Positions 1 through 12,829 of a stretch of DNA of 64,000 nt are shown here, one piece after another. Source of the stretch: Squalus acanthias (taxonomy: Eukaryota); assembly GCA_030390025.1 (NCBI GenBank), contig JASTWF010000034.1:4216001-4280000 (forward strand), read 5' to 3'. Made by a program: the position numbers and the translations under genes. Position 1 is the first letter of the stretch. Each line of letters opens with the position of its first letter. The notes beneath the pieces were generated by a model. That model saw only the letters and a program-made list of their open reading frames with translations, had not been told where the DNA came from and did not search any database.

Positions 1-469
1 TTACCATTTATTTATTGAGGCAACATACCCACAACATACTGTGTACATCATAACACCGCCAGGGACATACTTTGAACTGTAAAACGCTCCCACTGACCTC
101 AGGAATATTAACACTCTGACAGAAACCACCAGTTAATATTAACACTCTCACTGACACATTCTGTCCTTATTATTATACTGTCAAGGGCTGACAGTAATCA
201 ATAAAACATTCCCACAGAACCTTGGTTCATATTTACAATAAGAGGGAGATAAAGCCCCCGTTAATATTAACACAGACCACGTGTAATTATTAATTGAATC
301 ACAGAACACCTTGCACACAGTAAAACACTGCTAGCGACATTCCTTGTGCAAAAATATTCTCCCACAAATGCACAATATACATTAACACACGCATATAGAC
401 ACATTGTTCATGGTAACTCAGTGTCATGTGTTCCTGTAGGCAAATCTCATTCACTCTGTCGCCTGGCCT

Positions 470-850
470 GTCTCAGCTCTCTCTCTCGCTCTCTGTCATC
501 CTCAGTCACTCTGTATTTATCTGCTGTTTACTGTATATAGAGGAGCTGACGCTGAGACACGCACGCGCTTCACAGTACCAGGTGGAGAGAGGGAGAAAAG
601 GTGAGAGAAAGGGCGAGGGAAAGGAAGAAACAGGGGACAAGGGAGAGACAGAAAGTGAGTGATAGGGAGAAGAGCCAAAAGGGAGAAACAAGCAGGGTGA
701 GACAGAGCGAGAGAGACATAGACAGACAGAGACAGACAGATAGACCAGGTGAGACACAGGGAGAGTGAGAGATCGGGTTAGTGAAAGATAGAAATACAGG
801 GAAATGAGAGAAAGAGAGAGACATAACATGAGAGATAGGGAGTGGGAAAA
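470..850. repeat. CT/GA-rich low-complexity tract
   Basis: Runs of ctct, gaga and gaca; the overlapping ORFs are Leu/Ser-rich artefacts. Confidence 0.8.
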
Positions 851-1751
851 ACTGTCCCCATCAAATACTCCCAGGACAGCTATAACAAGGGTTGGATACA
901 GAGTAAAGCTCCCTCTACACTGTACCATCAAACACTCCCAGGGCCGGTACAGCACGGGTTAGATACAGAGTAAAGCTCCCTCTACACTGTCCCATCAAAC
1001 ACTCCCAGGGCAGATACAGCACGGGTTAGATACAGAGTAAAGCTCCCTCTACACTGCTCCATCAAACACTCCCAGGACAGGTACAGCACGGGTTAGATAC
1101 AGAGTAAAGCTCCCTCTACAGTGTCCCATCAAACACTCCCAGGGCAGGTACAGCAGGGGTTATACACAGAGTAAAGCTCCCTCTACACTCTCTCATCAAA
1201 CACTCCCAGGGCAGGTACAGCACGGGTTAGATACAGAGTAAAGCTCCCTCTAAACTGCCCCGTCAAACATTCCCAGGGCAGGTACAGCCCGGGTTGCACA
1301 CAGAGTAAAGCTCCCTCTACACTGTCCCCATCAAACACTCCCAGGGCAGGTACAGCCCGGGTTGGATACAGAGTAAATATTCCTCTACACTGCCCCATCA
1401 AACACTCCCAGGGCAGGTACAGCACGGGTTAGATACAGAGTAAAGATGCTCTATGCTGTCCCTTCAAACAATCCCAGAGCAGGTACAGCACGGGTTAGAT
1501 ACAGAGTAAAGCTCGCTCTGCTCTGCCCCATCAAACACTCCCAGGGCAGGAGCAGTACGGGTTTGATCCAGAGTAAAGCTCCCTCTACACTGCCCCATCA
1601 CACACTCCCAGGGCAGGAGCAGTACGGGTTAGATACAGAGTAAAGCTCCCTCTATACTATCCCATCAAACACTCCCAGGGCAGGTACACCACGGATTACA
1701 TACAGAATAAAGCTGCCTCTACACTGTCCCATCAAATGCGCCCAGGGCAGG

Positions 1752-3010
1752 AGATCGGGAATGAGGAAATGGCTGAGAAATTAAATAAGTACTTTGTTTC
1801 TTTCTTCACAGAGGAAGACACAAAAAACCTCCGAGAAATACGAGAAAACCAAGGGTGTGGTGAGAATGAAGAACTTAAAGAAATTATTATTAATCAAAAA
1901 ACATGGATTGAGAGTTGGTTAACAGACAGAAAACAAAGTGTAGGGAGAAACGTGTCTTTTTCAGGATGGCAGGCTGTAACTAGTGGGTTCCGCAAGGATC
2001 AGTGCTTGGGCCCCAGCTATTCACAATCTATATCAATGAATTGGCTGAGGGGACTAAATGTAACATTTTAAAATTTGCTGATGATGCAAAGCTAGGTGGC
2101 AGTGTCAGTTGTGAAGAGGTTGCGAAGAGGCTTCAAGGGTATCTCAAAGGGCTCAGTGAGTGGGCGAGAACATGGCAGATGGAATATAAAGTGGATAAAT
2201 ATGAAGTTAGCAACTTGGGTAGAAAAACCAGAAAGGCAGTGTATTTCCTAAATGGTGAAAGATTGGGGAATGTTGATGCTCAAAGGGATCTGGGTGTCCT
2301 TGTACATGAGTCACTGAAAGTGAATGTGCAGGTGCAGCAAGCCATTAGGAAGGCAAATGGTATGCTGGCCTTTATTACAAGTGGATTTGAGTACAGGAGT
2401 AACGATGTCTTACTCCAATTATCTAGGGTCTTGGTGAGACCACACCTGGTGTACTGTGTACAATTTTGGTCTCCTTATCGAAGGAAGGATATACTTGCCA
2501 TAGAGGGAGTGCGACGAAGGTTCACGAGATTGATTCCTGGGATGGCGGGACTGTCGGATAGGAAGAGATTGAGTAAACGAGTCCGGTTTTAACTTCAATT
2601 CAGAAGAATGAGCGGGGATCTCATTGAAGCATACAAAATTATTAAAGGGCTTGATAGGGTGGATGCTGGGAGAAAGTTTCACTTGGCTGGGGAATCTAGA
2701 ACCAGGGGCCACAGCCTCAGGATAAAGGGTAGGCCATTCAGGACTGAGATGGACCTAAATTTCTTCACACAGAGGGTGGTGAATCTTTGGATTTCCCTAC
2801 CCCTGAGGGTTGTGGAGGCTTAGTCATTGGTATATTCAAAACAGAAGTCGATAGATTTCTGACTAGTAAAGGCATCAAGGGATAAGGCGATAGGGCCGCT
2901 GGATGTAATTGAGGCAGAAGATCAGCCATGATCTCATTGAATGGCGGAGCAGATGAAGGGCCGAAGGGCCTTCTCCTGCTTCTATTTCTTATGTTCTTAT
3001 GTTCGTATGT
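1752..3010 (+). mobile_element. 5'-truncated, internally deleted CR1 LINE
   Basis: LGPQLFTIYINEL, KFADDAKLGG, RPHLVYCVQFWSP and RTRGHSLRI motifs; frameshifts; 3' (ttcttatg)n tail; sequence jumps from IIINQK to TWIESWL. Confidence 0.92.
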
Positions 3011-3347
3011 ACTCCCAGGGCAGATACAGCCCGGGTTAAATACAGAGTAACGCTCTCTCTACACTGTCCCATCAAACACTCCCAGGGAGGTACAGCACGG
3101 GTTAGATACAGAGTAAAGCTCACTCTACATTGTTCCATCAAATACTCCCAGGGCAGTTACAGCCCGGATTAGATACAGAGTAACGCTCCCTCTACACTGT
3201 CCCATCAAACACTCCCAGGGAGGTACAGCACGGGGTTAGATACAGGGTAAAGCTCCCTCTACACTGTCCAATCAATTACTCCCAGAGCAGTTACAGCACG
3301 GGTTAGATGCAGACTAAAGCTCGCTCTACACTGTCCCATTAAACATT

Positions 3348-3439
3348 CACCCGACGAAGGAGCAGTAACTCCGAAAGCTTGTGATTTCAAATAAAACTGT
3401 TGGACTATAACCTGGTGTTGTGCGACTTCTCAATTTTGT
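3348..3439 (+). mobile_element. 92-bp Penelope-like terminal fragment with degenerate hammerhead core
   Basis: ccgacga-aggagcagtaactcc-gaaagctt; downstream sequence matches the PLE end at 37039-37130; flanked by direct repeat ccattaaacatt (3336-3347, 3440-3451). Confidence 0.75.
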
Positions 3440-6400
3440 CCATTAAACATTGCCAAGGTAGGAATAGCATGTGTTAGATACAGAGTAAAGCTCCCTCTGC
3501 ACTGTCCCAGGGCAGGTACAGCACGGGTTAGATGCAGAGTAAAGGTCCCTCTCCACTGTCCCATCAAAAGCTCCCAGGGCAGGTGCAGCACGGGTTAGAT
3601 AGAGAGTAAAGCTCCCGCTACATTGCCTGATCAAACATACCCAGGGCAATTACAGCACGAGTTAGATACAGAGTAAACCTCCCTCTACACTGTCTCCTCA
3701 AACACTCCCAGGGCAGGTACAGCACGGGTTAGATGCAGATTAAACCTCCCTCTGCACTGTCTCCTCAAACACTCCCAGGGCAGGTACAGCACGAGTTAGA
3801 TACAGAGTAAAGATCCCTCTACACTTTCCCATCAAAAACTCCCAGGGAAGGTTCAGCACGGTTTACATACAGAGTAATGCTTCCTCCGCACTGTCGCATC
3901 CAACACTCCCAGTGTAGGGATAGCACGGGTAGATACAGAGTAAAGATCCCTCTGCACTGTCCTTTCAAATACTCCCGAGTCAAGAACAGCACTGGTTCGA
4001 TTCAGAGCAAAGATCCGTCTGCACAGTCTCATCAAACAATTCCAGTGCTGGAACAGCACGGATTAGATACAGAGTAAAGCTCCCGCTACACAGTTCCATC
4101 AAAGAACCCAGGTATAGGGAGCACGGGTTGGATACAGAGTAAAGATCCCTCTGCACTCTCCCATCAAACACTCCTAGGGCAGATACAGCACGGGTTAGTT
4201 ACAGTGTAAGCTCCCTCTGCACTGTCCCATCAAACAATCCTAGTGCAGGTACAGAACGGGTTGGATAAAGAATAAAGCTCTCTATTCACTGTCCCATCAA
4301 AAACACCTAGGGCAGGTACAGCACGGGTTAGATAACGAATAAAGCTCTCCCTTCACTGTCCCATCAGACAGTCCCTAGTCAGGAACAGCACGGGTTAGAT
4401 TCATAGTTAAGATTGTCTGCACAGTCCCATCAAACACTTCCATTGCAGGAACAGCACGGGGTAGATACAGAGTAAAGCTCCTTCTAAATTGTCCCATCAA
4501 ACAATCCTCGGGCAGGTAACGCACGGGTTTGATACAGAGCAAAGTTCCCTCTGGACTATCGCATCAAACACACCCAGGTATAGACAGCACTGGTCAGATT
4601 CAGAGTAAAGCTCCCTCGACATTGTCCCATCAAACACTCCATGGGTAGGTACAGCACGGGCTAGATACAGAGTAAAGCTCCCTCTACACTGCCCCGTCAA
4701 ACATTGCCAGGGTAGGAACAGCACGGGTTCGATACAGAAAACAGCTCCCTCGACACTGTCCCATCCAACACTCCCAAGGCTGGTACTGCACGGGTTAAAT
4801 ACAGAGTAAAGCTCCTACCACAGTGTAGAGGGAGCTTTACTCTGTATTTAACCCATGCTTTACCTGCCCTGGGAGTGTTTGATTGGATAGTGTAGAGTCT
4901 ACACTATCCCATCAAACACTCCCAGGGCAGGTAAAGCATCGGTTAGATACAGAGTAAAGCTCCCTCTACATTATCCCATCAAACACTCCCAGGGCTGGTA
5001 CAGCACCAGGTTAGATACCGAGTAAAGTTCCCTCTACACTGTCCCATCAAACACTCCGAGGGCAGATACAGCACGGGTTAGATACAGAGTAAATCTCCCT
5101 CTCCACTGTCCCATCAAACAGTCCTAGGGCAGATACAGCACGGGTTAGATACAGAGTAAAGCTCCCTCTACACTGTCCCATCAAACACTTCTAGGGCAGA
5201 TACAGCACACGTTAAACATAGAGTAAAGCTCGCTCTACACAGTCCCCATCATACACTCGGAGGACAGGTACAGCACGGGTTAGATACAGAGTAAAGCTCC
5301 CTCTGCACTGTCCCGACAAACACTCCCAGGGCAGGTAAAGCACGTGTTTGATACAGAGTAAAGCTCCCCCGACATTGTCCCATCAAACACTCGCAGAGAA
5401 GGAACAGCACTGGTTCGAGACAGTATAAATCTCCCTCTACACTGTCCCATCAAACATTCCCAAGGCAGGTAAAGCTCGGGCTCGATAGAGAGTAAAGGTC
5501 CCTCTACACTCTCCCATCAAATACTCCCTGGTCAGGAACAGCACGGGTGAGATTCATGGTAAAGTTTGCCTGCACTCTCCCATCAAACACTTCCAGGGAA
5601 GGTAAAGCACGAGTTAGAAACAAAGTAAAGCTTCCCTCTACACTATCCCATCAAACACTCCCTGGGCAGGTGCAGCACTATTTAATTACAGAGTAAAGCT
5701 CCCTCTACAATGTCTCATCAAAAACTCCAGTGCAGGTACAGCACGGGTTAGATATGTAGTAAAGCTCCCTCTGCAATGTCCCATCAAACACTCCCAGGGC
5801 AGGTATAGCTCGGGTTAGATACAGAGTGAAGCTCGCTCTACACTGTCCCATCAAACACTCCCAGGGCAGGTACAGCACGGGTTAGATACAGAGTAAAGAT
5901 TTCCTGCACAGTCCCATCAAGCACTTCCATTGCAGGAACAGCACGGGTTAGATACAGAGTGAAGCTCCCTCTCCGCTGTCCCATAAAATACTCCCAGGGG
6001 AGCTACAGTTCGGTTTAGTTACTGAGTAAACTCCCTCTACACTCTCCCAACAAATACTCCCTAGTCAGGAACAGCACGGGTTAGATTCATAGTAAAGATT
6101 TCCTGCACAGTCCCATCAAGCACTTCCATTGCAGGAACAGCACGGGTTAGATACAGAATTAAGCTCCCTCTACACTGTTCCTTCAAACACTCCCAGGGCA
6201 GGTACAGCACGTGTTAGGTACAGAGTAAGCTCCTTTTTTATTGCCTGATCAACCACAACCAGGGCAGGTAGAGCACGAGTAAGAAACAGAGTAAAATTCC
6301 ATTTACAGTGCCCCACCAAACATTCCCAGGGCACGTACAGCACGGGTTTGAAACTCAGTAATGCTCCTTCTGCACTGTCCCATCAAACACACCCAGGTAT

Positions 6401-7883
6401 AGACAGCACGGGTTAGATACAAAGTAAAGCTCCGTCTGTACTCTTCCATCAAACACTCCCAAGCCAGGTACAGCACGGGTTAGATAGAGAGTAAAGCTTC
6501 CTCCACCCTGCCCCATCAAACATTCCCAGTATAGAGACAACACGGGTTAGATACAGAGTAAAGCTCCCTCTACACTGCCCCATCAAGCACTCCTAGGGCA
6601 GCGACAGCACGGGTGAGATAAAGAGTAAAGCTCCCTCTATACTGCCCCATCAAACACTCCCAGGACAGGTACAGCACGGGTTAGATACAGTGTAAAGCTC
6701 CCTCTATACTATCCAATCAAACACTCCCAGGACAGGTACAGCACGGGTTTGATTCACAGTAAAGCTCCCTTTGCACTGTCATATAAAATACTCGCTAGTT
6801 AAGAACAGCACGGGTTAGATTCAGTGTAAATTCCGTCTGCACAGACTCATCAAACACTTTCAGTGCAGAGATTCATAGTTAAGATTGTCTGCACAGTCCC
6901 ATCAAACACTTCCATTGCAGGAACAGCACGGGGTAGATACAGAGTAAAGCTCCTTCTAAATTGTCCCATCAAACAATCCTCGGGCAGGTAACGCACGGGT
7001 TTGATACAGAGCAAAGTTCCCTCTGGACTATCGCATCAAACACACCCAGGTATAGACAGCACTGGTCAGATTCAGAGTAAAGCTCCCTCGACATTGTCCC
7101 GTCAAACACTCCATGGGTAGGTACAGCACGGGCTAGATACAGAGTAAAGCTCCCTCTACACTGCCCCGTCAAACATTGCCAGGGTAGGAAATGCACGGGT
7201 TCGATACAGAAAACAGCTCCCTCGACACTGTCCCATCCAACACTCCCAAGGCTGGTACTGCACGGGTTAAATACAGAGTAAAGCTCCTACCACAGTGTAG
7301 AGGGAGCTTTACTCTGTATTTAACCCATGCTTTACCTGCCCTGGGAGTGTTTGATTGGATAGTGTAGAGTCTACACTATCAACAGCACCTGTTAGATCCA
7401 GACTAAAACTCTCTCTACAATGTCGCCATTAAACATTCCCAGGGCAGGTACAGCATGGGTTCGATACAGAGTGAATCTCCCTCTACACTGTCCCATCAAA
7501 CAGTCCCGGGCCAGGTACAGCACGGGTTAGATACAGAGTAAAGATTGTTCTACACTGTCCCATCAAATACTCCCAGGGCAGGTGCAGCATTGGCTAGATA
7601 CAGAGTAGAGCCCCCTTTGCATTGTCCCATCAAACTCTCCAAGGGCAGGTACAACACAAGTTAAATACAGAGTAAAACTCCCTTTGCATTGTCCCATCAA
7701 ACTCTCCAAGGGCAGGTACAACACAAGTTAAATACAGAGTAAAACTCCCTTTACCCTGTCCCATCTAAGACACCCAGGGCAGGTGCAGCACGGGTTAGAT
7801 ACAGAGTAAAGCTATCTCTACACTCTCCCATCAAATACTCCCAGGGCAGGTACAGCATGGGTCAGATACAGAGTAAAGCTCAC

Positions 7884-9218
7884 AGAATCATAGAATCATA
7901 GAAGATAGGGTCAGGAGTAGGCCATTCGGCCCCTCGAGCCTGCTCTGCCATTCAATGAGATCATGGCTGATCATCCACATTCAGTATCCTGTCCCGGCCT
8001 TCTCCCCATATCCCTTGATCCCTTTAGCCTTTAGAAATATATCTAACTCCTTCTTGAATATATTTAATGAGTTGGCCTCAACTGCCTTCTGTGGCAGAGA
8101 ATTCCACAGGTTCACCACTCTTTAGGTGAAGAAATTCCTCCTCATCTCTGTCCTAAATGGCTTACCCCTTATCCTTAGACTGTGACCCCTGGTTCTGGAC
8201 TCCCCGGCCATCGGGATCATCCTTCCTGCATCTAGTCTGTCTACTCCTGTTAGAATTTTATAAGTTTCAATGAGATCCCCTCTCATTCTTCTAAATTTCA
8301 GCGAGTATAATCCCAATCGACCCAATCTCTCCTAATACGTCATTCCTGCCATCCCAGGTATCAGTCTGGTGAACCTTCGCTGCACACCCTCCATGGCAAG
8401 AACATCCTTCCCCAGATAAGGCGAACAAAACTGCACACAATAATCAACATGTGGTCTCACCAAGGCTCTGTACAACGGCGGCAAGACATCCTTGTTCCTG
8501 TACTCGAAACTTCTCGCTACGAAGGCCAACATACCATTTGCCTTCTTAACCGCCTGCTGCACCTGCATGCTTACCTTCAGCGACTGGTGCACAAGGACAC
8601 CCAGGTCTCGTTGCACTTCCCCTTCTCCCAATCTATTGCCGTTCAGATAATAATCTGCCTTCCTGTTTTTGCCACCAAAGTGGATAACTTCGCATTTATC
8701 CACATTCTACTGCATTTGCCATGCATCTGCCCAATCACTCAACCTATCCAAGTCATACTGGAGTTTATCGGCATCCTCCTCACAGCACACACGCCCACAC
8801 AGCTTTGTGTCGTCTGCAAACTTGGAGATATTACATCTAGTTATTCGTCTAGAACTAGATCATTAATATATATTCTGAATAGCTGGGGTCCTAGGACCGA
8901 TCACTGCGGTACCCCACTAGTCACTGCCTGCCACTCGGAAAAAGACCCGTTTATTCCAACTGTTTGCTTCCTGTCTGCCAACCAGTTCTCTATCCAAGTC
9001 AGTACCCTGCCCCCAATCCCATGTGCCTTAACTTTACACGCTAATCTCTTGTGCGGGACCATATCGAAAGCCTTCTGAAAGTCCAAATACACCACATCCA
9101 CTGGTTCTCCCTTATCTATTTTATCAGTTACATCCTCAAAAAATCTAGTAGATTAGTCAAGCACGATTTGCCTTTTGTAAATCCATGTTGACTTTGACCG
9201 ATCCTGTCACTGTTTTCC
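7884..9218 (-). mobile_element. 5'-truncated CR1 LINE
   Basis: DVVYLDFQKAFD, GVPQ, KFADDTKL and RRFTRLIPGM motifs broken by stops and frameshifts; 8-bp (tctatgat)n tail at 7884-7903. Confidence 0.93.
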
Positions 9219-11842
9219 ACCCAAGTGGCTACCCTTGTGAATTATACTTGTGTACGAAAGACTGATACTTGGATGTTTGTAGTAATAACATGTATAAGTG
9301 TGAGTGTAGAATAGTGAACTTCGCATTAACCAAATATCTATATTCAGTGTGACCTGTAATGACTTGTGCATAAATTGCTGAGGCTTGCTCAAAATGTAAC
9401 TGCAAAGACAGCCAGGACTAGTCAAGACTGGCTCTGATAACGGACAGTATCGCTGCTTACAGTTTATGAGGCTTTGTACTGCCTGTAACATGGAAGCTAG
9501 AAATGAGAGAGATAAGCTCAATTCCAATGGGGTGAAGAACTATAAACAAGATGACGATGAACAGGGTAAAGTTGTAGGAAAAATACTGGAAAGGTGAGGC
9601 CAGGATGCTAAACTTAGTCTGAGTGACAATGGTGTTTTGATCATTGGAACCTATTAAAATAGGTGATTTTGTTAAAGTCCATATATGGACAATGCCCGCA
9701 TGAACTTTTGATAAGATATGGGTTAAAACCTTGATACTCGAAAAACAACTTTAAACAGACCTACTGCAAGAACAAAGGAACAGACTGAAGATGACATCAC
9801 CTGTGTCCGAGAGGTTCCAGAGACCAAGGGCTGTGAGCTACTCGTTAAACTATCGCCTGCTGTTCAGTCTATTACGCTGTAAGCTTAATAAATCTTGATC
9901 TATTGCTCAAACATACTGGCTGCTGCCTATTGGTGTCTAGTCAAAGAAATCTGAGAGATCATAAAGCTCTTACACTTCTGTGTCATCTTTTTCTTCTGCA
10001 TGCATCTACGAGGAGCTAGCCCTGTGGCTTCAGCAGAGATAGAGGCAGCCTGCTCACTTCCCTGCTGCCAAGGAGGTGTAGAGCACCTTGTTGCACAGCA
10101 GTGAGGCCATGAGGACCCACGTCTATGCTGACATCCCTGTTAGAGAGGAGGTCTATGAGCCTCTGCCATCTATTCGCTATACATAGCCATCTATCCTCCA
10201 TAAAGACCATGTGCTCCTCTGAGTGGCGCATTAGCTGCTCCATGTAGCTGCCCATCCTATCCATGGAGGAGCCTACAGTCACCATCGTCTGTGACAAGGT
10301 GGTGCTCATGTTGGTGATTGACTACTCCATTCTCTGAAAATTTGCAGACATCGCGCTCGCAAAACCTGTCAGAGCCCCCCTGCACTTCTTGCTGCATCTC
10401 CAGGGTCGCCCTCTTTCTAGATGGCCCCCGAGGCTCAGCGTCTGCATGCAGCTGAGCAGAGCTGGGAGCGTCCTGCGCCCTCCGGCAAGGAGACTCCGCT
10501 GCTCTCCCTCTCTCCACCATCTCCTCTTGCACACTTGTGAATTGGGAGACACCAGTTGACAACACTACTCTATCTAATTCTTGTGATGGTGAACCCTCAG
10601 CGGCTGAAGGCTCCTCTGAGGAGTCATCTTCCTCTTCCTCCTGGACATTGGAGGGGGGGAACTCTTGATGGACCTGTGGGAGAGTGAAGATATGAGTTAG
10701 ATATGTCATATGAACAATGGGTACAGATACCATTATGTACATGATGACCATTCAGTGAGATCAGTGCCCATTTGAGTGATGGATGTATGCCATGTTGCTG
10801 TATGATATGTAATTCTGTCACCCGGTTGCTGAGATGTCCCCCTCGCTCCATCTCCCACCTCCAGCTGCTCAGCGACTCCAGATATTTCTAAAGCAGCCTC
10901 CTCTGCTATTGTAAGGTTTGCAAATGATTGGGTGCCACCGCCGGTTCACCCCTTCTCCCTGTTATTGTGGGCTCTCTTTTCCTGCAAGGAGGGAAAAAAG
11001 AGAAGTTTGAGTGAGACTGATGGAATGAATGTAAGGAATGGATGTGGTAGATATTTAGAGGGTGACTATGATGGAGTGGGGTGCCAAATACAAGTGGCTC
11101 CTTGTGTGTTGTTAGTTGGTATGATTGCACAAGGGTGAGTGTGAGTGTGAGAGGATGGCTATTGAGATGGGGATGTGATAATGTAAATAGAAAGAGAGGG
11201 ACGGGTGGACGTGCAAGGTATGTTGGTGTGAGTAAGAATGTGCAGGGGTAGGGTTGGGAAGGCAGAGTGATAGGTGTATGATGAGAGGCATAGCAAGATG
11301 AAGGTGAGTGTGGCTTTGTACTCACGTTTCCTGATCTAATGAAATCATTGAAACGTTTGCGGCACTGCACCAAGGTCTTGCTGACAACATCCCTGCTGGT
11401 GACCCCCTCTGCAATCTCCAACCAGGCTGTTTTAGTGTCCTGGGGTGCTCACATCCGTCCATTAGAAGAGAAGAGGACCACCCTGAATGCTTTGACTCCC
11501 TTCATAAGCATATGGAGCGAGTCCTCAGACAACCTGGGTGCAGCACTCTGCCTCTGTGCAGTCATTGTCAGTGTTTGCAGCACTCCAATGCTGTAGTGCA
11601 CTGACAGCAGTATGTTACATTGACATTCAAGTCCAATGTGGCCATGGCCCCTTAAAGATCCCGGCTGAAAACGCTTAATCAACGATGTCAACAGTCCAGA
11701 CCCGCATCATTTAATTGGACCGGGTAACACGCTGGGTGGGCTCAATAGGTCCGACTAACGTAAAGTCATTTTCAGCAGCAGGCTGACAACCCGCCATTGC
11801 CACCGCCCGCACCGGACCTGCCAGGTAGGCACAATTCCAGCC
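9219..11842 (-). mobile_element. Harbinger/PIF-type DNA transposon remnant, left copy
   Basis: Myb/SANT-like ORF; inverted homologue at 34813-38117; cut off by the CR1 at 9218. Confidence 0.65.
11326..11565 (-). pseudogene. Myb/SANT-like DNA-binding domain exon (Harbinger second ORF), with internal stop
   Basis: MTAQRQSAAPRLSEDSLHMLMKGV...TKTAWLEIAEGVTSRDVVSKTLVQCRKRFNDFIRS, then a gtgagt donor; TGA at ~11449. Probable downstream acidic and coiled-coil exons at 10016-10680. Confidence 0.75.
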
Positions 11843-12029
11843 GTGTTTTTACGGCCTTGAGAAGTCCATAATCCATATGTATTTTCAGTGTGAGAGGTTG
11901 CAGCCTCTGTATCATTACCTGAAGTGGCCGGTGGGCACCGCAGCTCAGTGAGGTGGTAATCGATCCTCACTGTCACATTGTGATTTAATTATTATTTGTG
12001 TGTGTGGCTGTATTGTACATACTTATTAC

Positions 12030-12135
12030 AGGAATAACAACAGAACATGTTGGAAACACTCAGCAGGTCAGGCAGCATCGAGGAGAGAGAAACAGAGTCA
12101 ACGTTTCGGGTCCAGGGCCCTTCGTCAGAACTGTT
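12030..12135 (-). mobile_element. PLE-derived short repeat with minimal hammerhead core
   Basis: Minus strand CTGACGA-agggccctggaccc-GAAA-cgttgactctgtttctctctcc...gatgctgcctgacctgctgag; related copies at 13015-13110 (-), 33877-33925 (+), 34245-34345 (+) and 40125-40225 (+, no core). Confidence 0.7.
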
Positions 12136-12235
12136 ACTGGATATTTGTGGTGTGCTGGGACACTTGCCTTATTGGTTTATATCCACGTCTAGTGAAAATG
12201 GGGCAACTTAATGTCACCCCACTACAGGTAGTGAA

Positions 12236-12787
12236 ATATTTTTATTCAAAAACAATAATACCTGTACAACTCATCAATTACATAGTAAATCCATTACATA
12301 GTAAATCCATTACATTCATCCATCACAGTAAAAAAATAAAGCCTTAAAAACAGTCTTATAATTAATATAAATGCAATGATTACTTTTACAAATAATCAAT
12401 AATGTTTACAGTACAAATACCCTTAAGCAATTCCACACAACTTTTTAGATTTAAAATAATAAATCTCAAAGTTAACTCCACGTAAAACAAACCATTTGAA
12501 CACCAGTGTACAAACACATAGCAGCATCATAATCCAGTTAAATGCTATAGATAACATTTATTCCAATAAACCAAGAAAACCTGTTTTACGCCAGTCCGTT
12601 CGATCATTCGATCATTCATTCAAGCGTTCGTTCGAGCGTAAGTTCCATTATGTATGTCTCAGGGCGTGCGTGCGTATCAGTTGTCTAAGTGCGCGCCGAC
12701 GTGCGTTCGCGCGAATCGTTCGTCTGATCGTTCGCCATGCGATCATTCGTTCGATCGAGTGTAAGTTCCAATGTGCATGCTTGCGTT
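12236..12787 (-). mobile_element. Unclassified 552-bp insertion with 15-bp TSD
   Basis: actacaggtagtgaa at 12221-12235 and 12788-12802; absent from the paralogous site at ~34140-34155. Confidence 0.8.
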
Positions 12788-12829
12788 ACTACAGGTAGTG
12801 AACAAAGGCCCAATCTGAAAATGTGAATG

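Larger units (their letters stand above)
851..7883 (+). repeat. 67-bp tandem satellite, consensus CCCAGGGCAGGTACAGCACGGGTTAGATACAGAGTAAAGCTCCCTCTACACTGTCCCATCAAACACT
   Basis: Period 67 (agatacagag at 961 and 1028); dozens of diverged copies; interrupted by a CR1 at 1752-3010 and a PLE fragment at 3348-3439. Confidence 0.95.

Noticed and set aside
1..345. Recurring ttaatattaacac motif
   Set aside because: Probably the tail of a degenerate tandem repeat; too diverged and cut by the window edge to define.
851..7883. Regular repeats as a CRISPR-like array (also the 32- and 51-bp arrays)
   Set aside because: Contiguous monomers without unique spacers, no cas genes, eukaryotic context.
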